Shown: piece by piece, positions 60,827-64,000 of the stretch
Numbering within the stretch: the stretch's first letter is position 1
Layout of the letters: each line of letters starts with the position of its first letter
Source: Bdellovibrionales bacterium
GTDB lineage: Bacteria; Bdellovibrionota; Bdellovibrionia; Bdellovibrionales; UBA1609
Assembly (NCBI GenBank): GCA_965203095.1
Contig: OZ241877.1
Location: 128,001-192,000 of the forward strand
Direction of reading: 5' to 3'
DNA length: 64,000 nucleotides
The notes under the pieces: generated by a model
Seen by the model: only the letters and a program-made list of their open reading frames with translations
Told to the model about the DNA's origin: nothing
Database searches by the model: none
Translations under genes and position numbers: made by a program

Positions 60827-63660
60827 TTATCTTATCGGTTGTTTGTCCGGATCTCTTAGTCCTGTTTTCTCAAAACTGGACTTTAATTCTTTAAGTTCTT
60901 TTGAGAGGCTGTCTATTTTTTCATTGGCTGATTTTAGTTCCTGTTTAGTATTGGCCAACTCTTTATTTGTTCCTGCCAGCTCTTTTTTAAACTGATCGTC
61001 TGTTTTGCTGAGGGCTTTAAATTTTGCCTCTATTGTGGAATTGAGAGTTTTGAATTTTGAATGAAGGGCTTTTATCCCGGCCCACAATGTCCCATAGATA
61101 GAGGGCCAGTCCGGGGCAATAGGCTTTCCTTTAAGCTGTAAGTTTTTTGGCAAGTCCTCCGCTATCACTCCCATTCTTTTCTTTTTAGGAAAATTATTTT
61201 TATCCTTAAAATAATAAGTGAAAAGGGGAGTCTCTAAAATATCCTTCAAAGCCTTTTCCATATCATTAAAGGGACGAATATTCTTTTTATAAACTTTAGA
61301 TGATGCACCAGAAGACGGGACATTCTTTTCATAATAAACCCTAAAATCTCCCCGACATCCCTTCCAAGTTGTGATATTAGAGCTATCGAATTTCCATGAG
61401 ACAAAATCTTCGCAAAGCCCCTGATGGCCGTTCCTGTCATGGGGTGATTCTTGTTTTGTAAGCCTAACTCCCACCACAGTATAACCTGCCCTGCTAATAC
61501 TTGTCCTGACTGTAGTAGTCGATCGCCAATTCGTATGTCCTACATCATCATAATCAGTATAAGTAGCCCCAAAACCGGTTGCTGTATATCCGGAGCAAAT
61601 CCTATTCCCGCTGGAATCAAAACCTCTAAGATATTTCCCGGCAGGACAATAGCCAGAAGATGGCCCAGCCGTCACACAAACTTTATGTCCATCGGGACGG
61701 AAACCTTGAAGGACTTGGCCAGCAGGGCATAACCATCCTTGAGCTTTTATTTTTACATCGGGAGCTTTGATTTCTATCTTCTTATCCGCATTAAGAAAAA
61801 TCCCGTCATGTGTTTGAGAGCGGGGAGATCTGAGATTGATCTGATTGCCCCGGATATAAGTTCCACCACTCCTTGAAAAGGACTGATTGCTCCCCGCATA
61901 ACTCCCTAAAAAAGTATTACCATTTCCTGAGATTGTCGCCCCCTCCCCGGTAGCTGTTCCTAATAAAGTATTGTGGGATCCGGAAACCGTTGCCCTTCTG
62001 CCAGAGGCATGTCCTAAAATAACATTCACATCCCCTGAGATATTCCCGTTTTGAGTTTGGCCAGTCGCTTTCTTTATTCCTGAATGATGCCCTATAAAAA
62101 CATTGCCATCGGCCCCGCTCTGAATATCAGCCTCTTTACCCGCCTCTTTACCAATAAAAGTGTTGCCAGTCCCGGCCACCGTGGCACTATCCCCCGCATG
62201 ATAACCAACAAAATGATTTTGCCCTCCGCTCACTGTGGCTTTATGTCCGGCATTGTCCCCAAAAAAATGATTGCCCCCAGCTGAGATTGTGGCTTCTCTA
62301 CCAGCATTAGTGCCAACAAAAGTGTTGCTTGAGCCTGAAGTCACCGTTGTTTTATATCCCGCTTGATTACCAAAAAAATGACTGGCACTCCCGGCCAAAG
62401 TGGCTTGATGGCCTGTTTGTCTGCCAACAAAATGATTGCCATCCCCGCTAACTGTAGCCTTATTCCCTGCATAATACCCAATAAAAAGATTGTGCCCGCC
62501 TGCCACTGTGGACTCTCTGCCAGCCTGGTTCCCATAAAAATTATTATATGTCCCGTCCACTTTGGCCCTATATCCAGCAAATCCTAAAAAAGTATTGTAG
62601 TGCCCAGCCACTGTGGCACTTCCACCAACTCCTTTACCAAAAAAATTATTTTCAGACCCCGTGATAGTAGCCGACAGGCCCGCATCATTACCAAAAGCCG
62701 TTGTGCCTGTGCCACCAAGTGATTGCGTGCTACCACAACCAGCAAGGGTTCTTTTGCTCCCAGTAGCCTCCGCTTTATAACAGCGGTTTTTCCCGCCGGA
62801 TATTCCTATCTTAGAGCAAGTAAAATTGTCATAAGCACTATTAGGAGCGGCCGGCCAGCTAATATCCAAAGTCAAAAGTTTTCCCCTAATAAAAGTCATC
62901 CCCCTTTGAACCCCAGGGATAAGCATCCAAGTCTTTTTGCAGGGATAAGTCGTCCCGCTGGCCTTGCAATCACAACTCCCGCCATTGTCTGCTGGATTAC
63001 ATCTCAAAACAAAAAAGCGGGGAGTAAAACCATATCGCCTAAAAATGTTTGTAGTGTCATGAACATCTAAAAGATTAGAGCTGGCTGACTTCTTTATGAT
63101 TTTGATTTCTATCTCATTGCCTTCAGTCCCCTCTGCTAACTTAGCTTTTTGAGCACTTGTAGGGGCCGGATAGTTAGGAGCTGTATTCTGATTAAGCCAG
63201 CCTTTTATTGTTTCCTTACAATTAGTTTCAGTCCCAAACTGTTCCCAAAAAGCATTCAATTCCCTTTCTTTATTTATTTGCCTTTGCTGTTGGGCTATCA
63301 AAGCCGCATGTTTAGCCATGCCCGTCATGGCTATAACCCCAATAGTGGAGGCCACCATAACACCGGTAATAGAAAAGCCTTTATTATTTAAAAGAAAAGC
63401 TTTTTTGTGTTTAAAATGCTTTAAACTATTGAATTTACAGCGTTTTTCGGGGGGGGGGGGGGGGGGGGGGTAAATTTACCGTCCCGAAATGAAATGGCCT
63501 TTGGGCAAAAAGCTAAGGAATAAGACTTTTCAATAAGTTTTTGCGGAAAAGATTTCTGGATTCCCGTTTTCACGGGAATGACTGGTTTTGCGGGAGCTAA
63601 AAAGCTTGGGGAGCTTTTTGGCAAACTTTCCAAAGGTCTATTTTTAATATTTTTCTTCAT
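60827..63660 (-). CDS. Trimeric fibre/adhesin (prepilin-like N-terminus, Gly-rich repeats, peptidase S74 chaperone, coiled coil), frameshifted at a poly-G tract as assembled
   Basis: The frame of 60827-63358 extends upstream as ..NNKG|FSITGVMVAS with no start codon. N(T/H)FxG repeats, SSKVYKKNI..GVIAED..AGIKAL motif. ATG 63660 is in another frame. Confidence 0.75.
60832..60858 (-). promoter_or_regulatory. sigma28-like promoter
   Basis: TAAG-N15-ACCGATAA. Confidence 0.55.
63449..63470 (+). repeat. G22 homopolymer tract
   Basis: 22 consecutive G. Confidence 0.9.
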
Positions 63661-63669
63661 TATAAAGAC

Positions 63670-63697
63670 CTATCGGTTTTTTGTTTAAAAAACTTTA
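63670..63697 (-). promoter_or_regulatory. sigma28-like promoter upstream of ATG 63660
   Basis: TAAAGTTT...ACCGATAG (TAAA-N16), 9 nt before the ATG. Confidence 0.6.
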
Positions 63698-63750
63698 GAA
63701 AAAAAGCCAGATCAGGCAAAAAAACTAAAAAATTGCCTATAAAAAATCTC

Positions 63751-63848
63751 TGTTCTTTATCGCACAAGCAAAAGCCAGCGGTGAGGGTCCAAGGTATTGC
63801 CGTCCCGAACAAGCTGGACTTTTTGCTTGTGCGATCCATTAAATGTAG
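63751..63848 (+). repeat. Dispersed hairpin element (type C arms)
   Basis: Core gagggtccaaggtattgccgtcccgaa at 63783-63809; reverse complement of 27950-28047. Confidence 0.85.
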
Positions 63849-64000
63849 ATTTTTTGCGAGAAAAACCCCTGTTTTTACGAGGACAGGCTTTTCTGGATTC
63901 CCGTTTTCACGGGAGCCAGAAAGCCTGAGGAGCTTTCTGGCAAGGTTCGGCTGGAATGACTGAGTTGTCTGGAATGACAGAGCTTTTTCACGGGCGATTA

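Noticed and set aside
47134..63848. Hairpins as integron attC sites
   Set aside because: No RYYYAAC/GTTRRRY ends, no integrase, mixed orientations.

Overview
Chromosomal window, most likely from a Bdellovibrionota-type bacterium (inferred from the S74-chaperone fibre, the sigma-28-like promoters and the FHA-sigma54 activator). Housekeeping genes include lnt, resB-like, mtaD-like, aroA/aroB, purD, nuoEFG, rsmA, secE-nusG-rplKAJL-rpoBC, mmsB and gcvP. Accessory features: (1) An AT-rich defence island downstream of tRNA-Cys carries Type III R-M mod/res, a catalytically dead long prokaryotic Argonaute translationally coupled to a stand-alone Sir2 protein, and an orphan adenine MTase. (2) A Type II R-M pair sits between aroB and aroA. 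(3) An IS1634 element is flanked by a 1370-bp direct repeat that duplicates a whole pentapeptide-repeat gene and its promoter. (4) An IS3 element truncates a restriction endonuclease. (5) A modular array encodes secreted pentapeptide-repeat proteins. (6) A fibre/adhesin gene is put out of frame with its promoter-proximal start by a G22 tract (phase-variation candidate). (7) A dispersed hairpin/MITE family has an invariant 27-nt loop on variable stems. Product calls come from motif recognition only; no searches were run.
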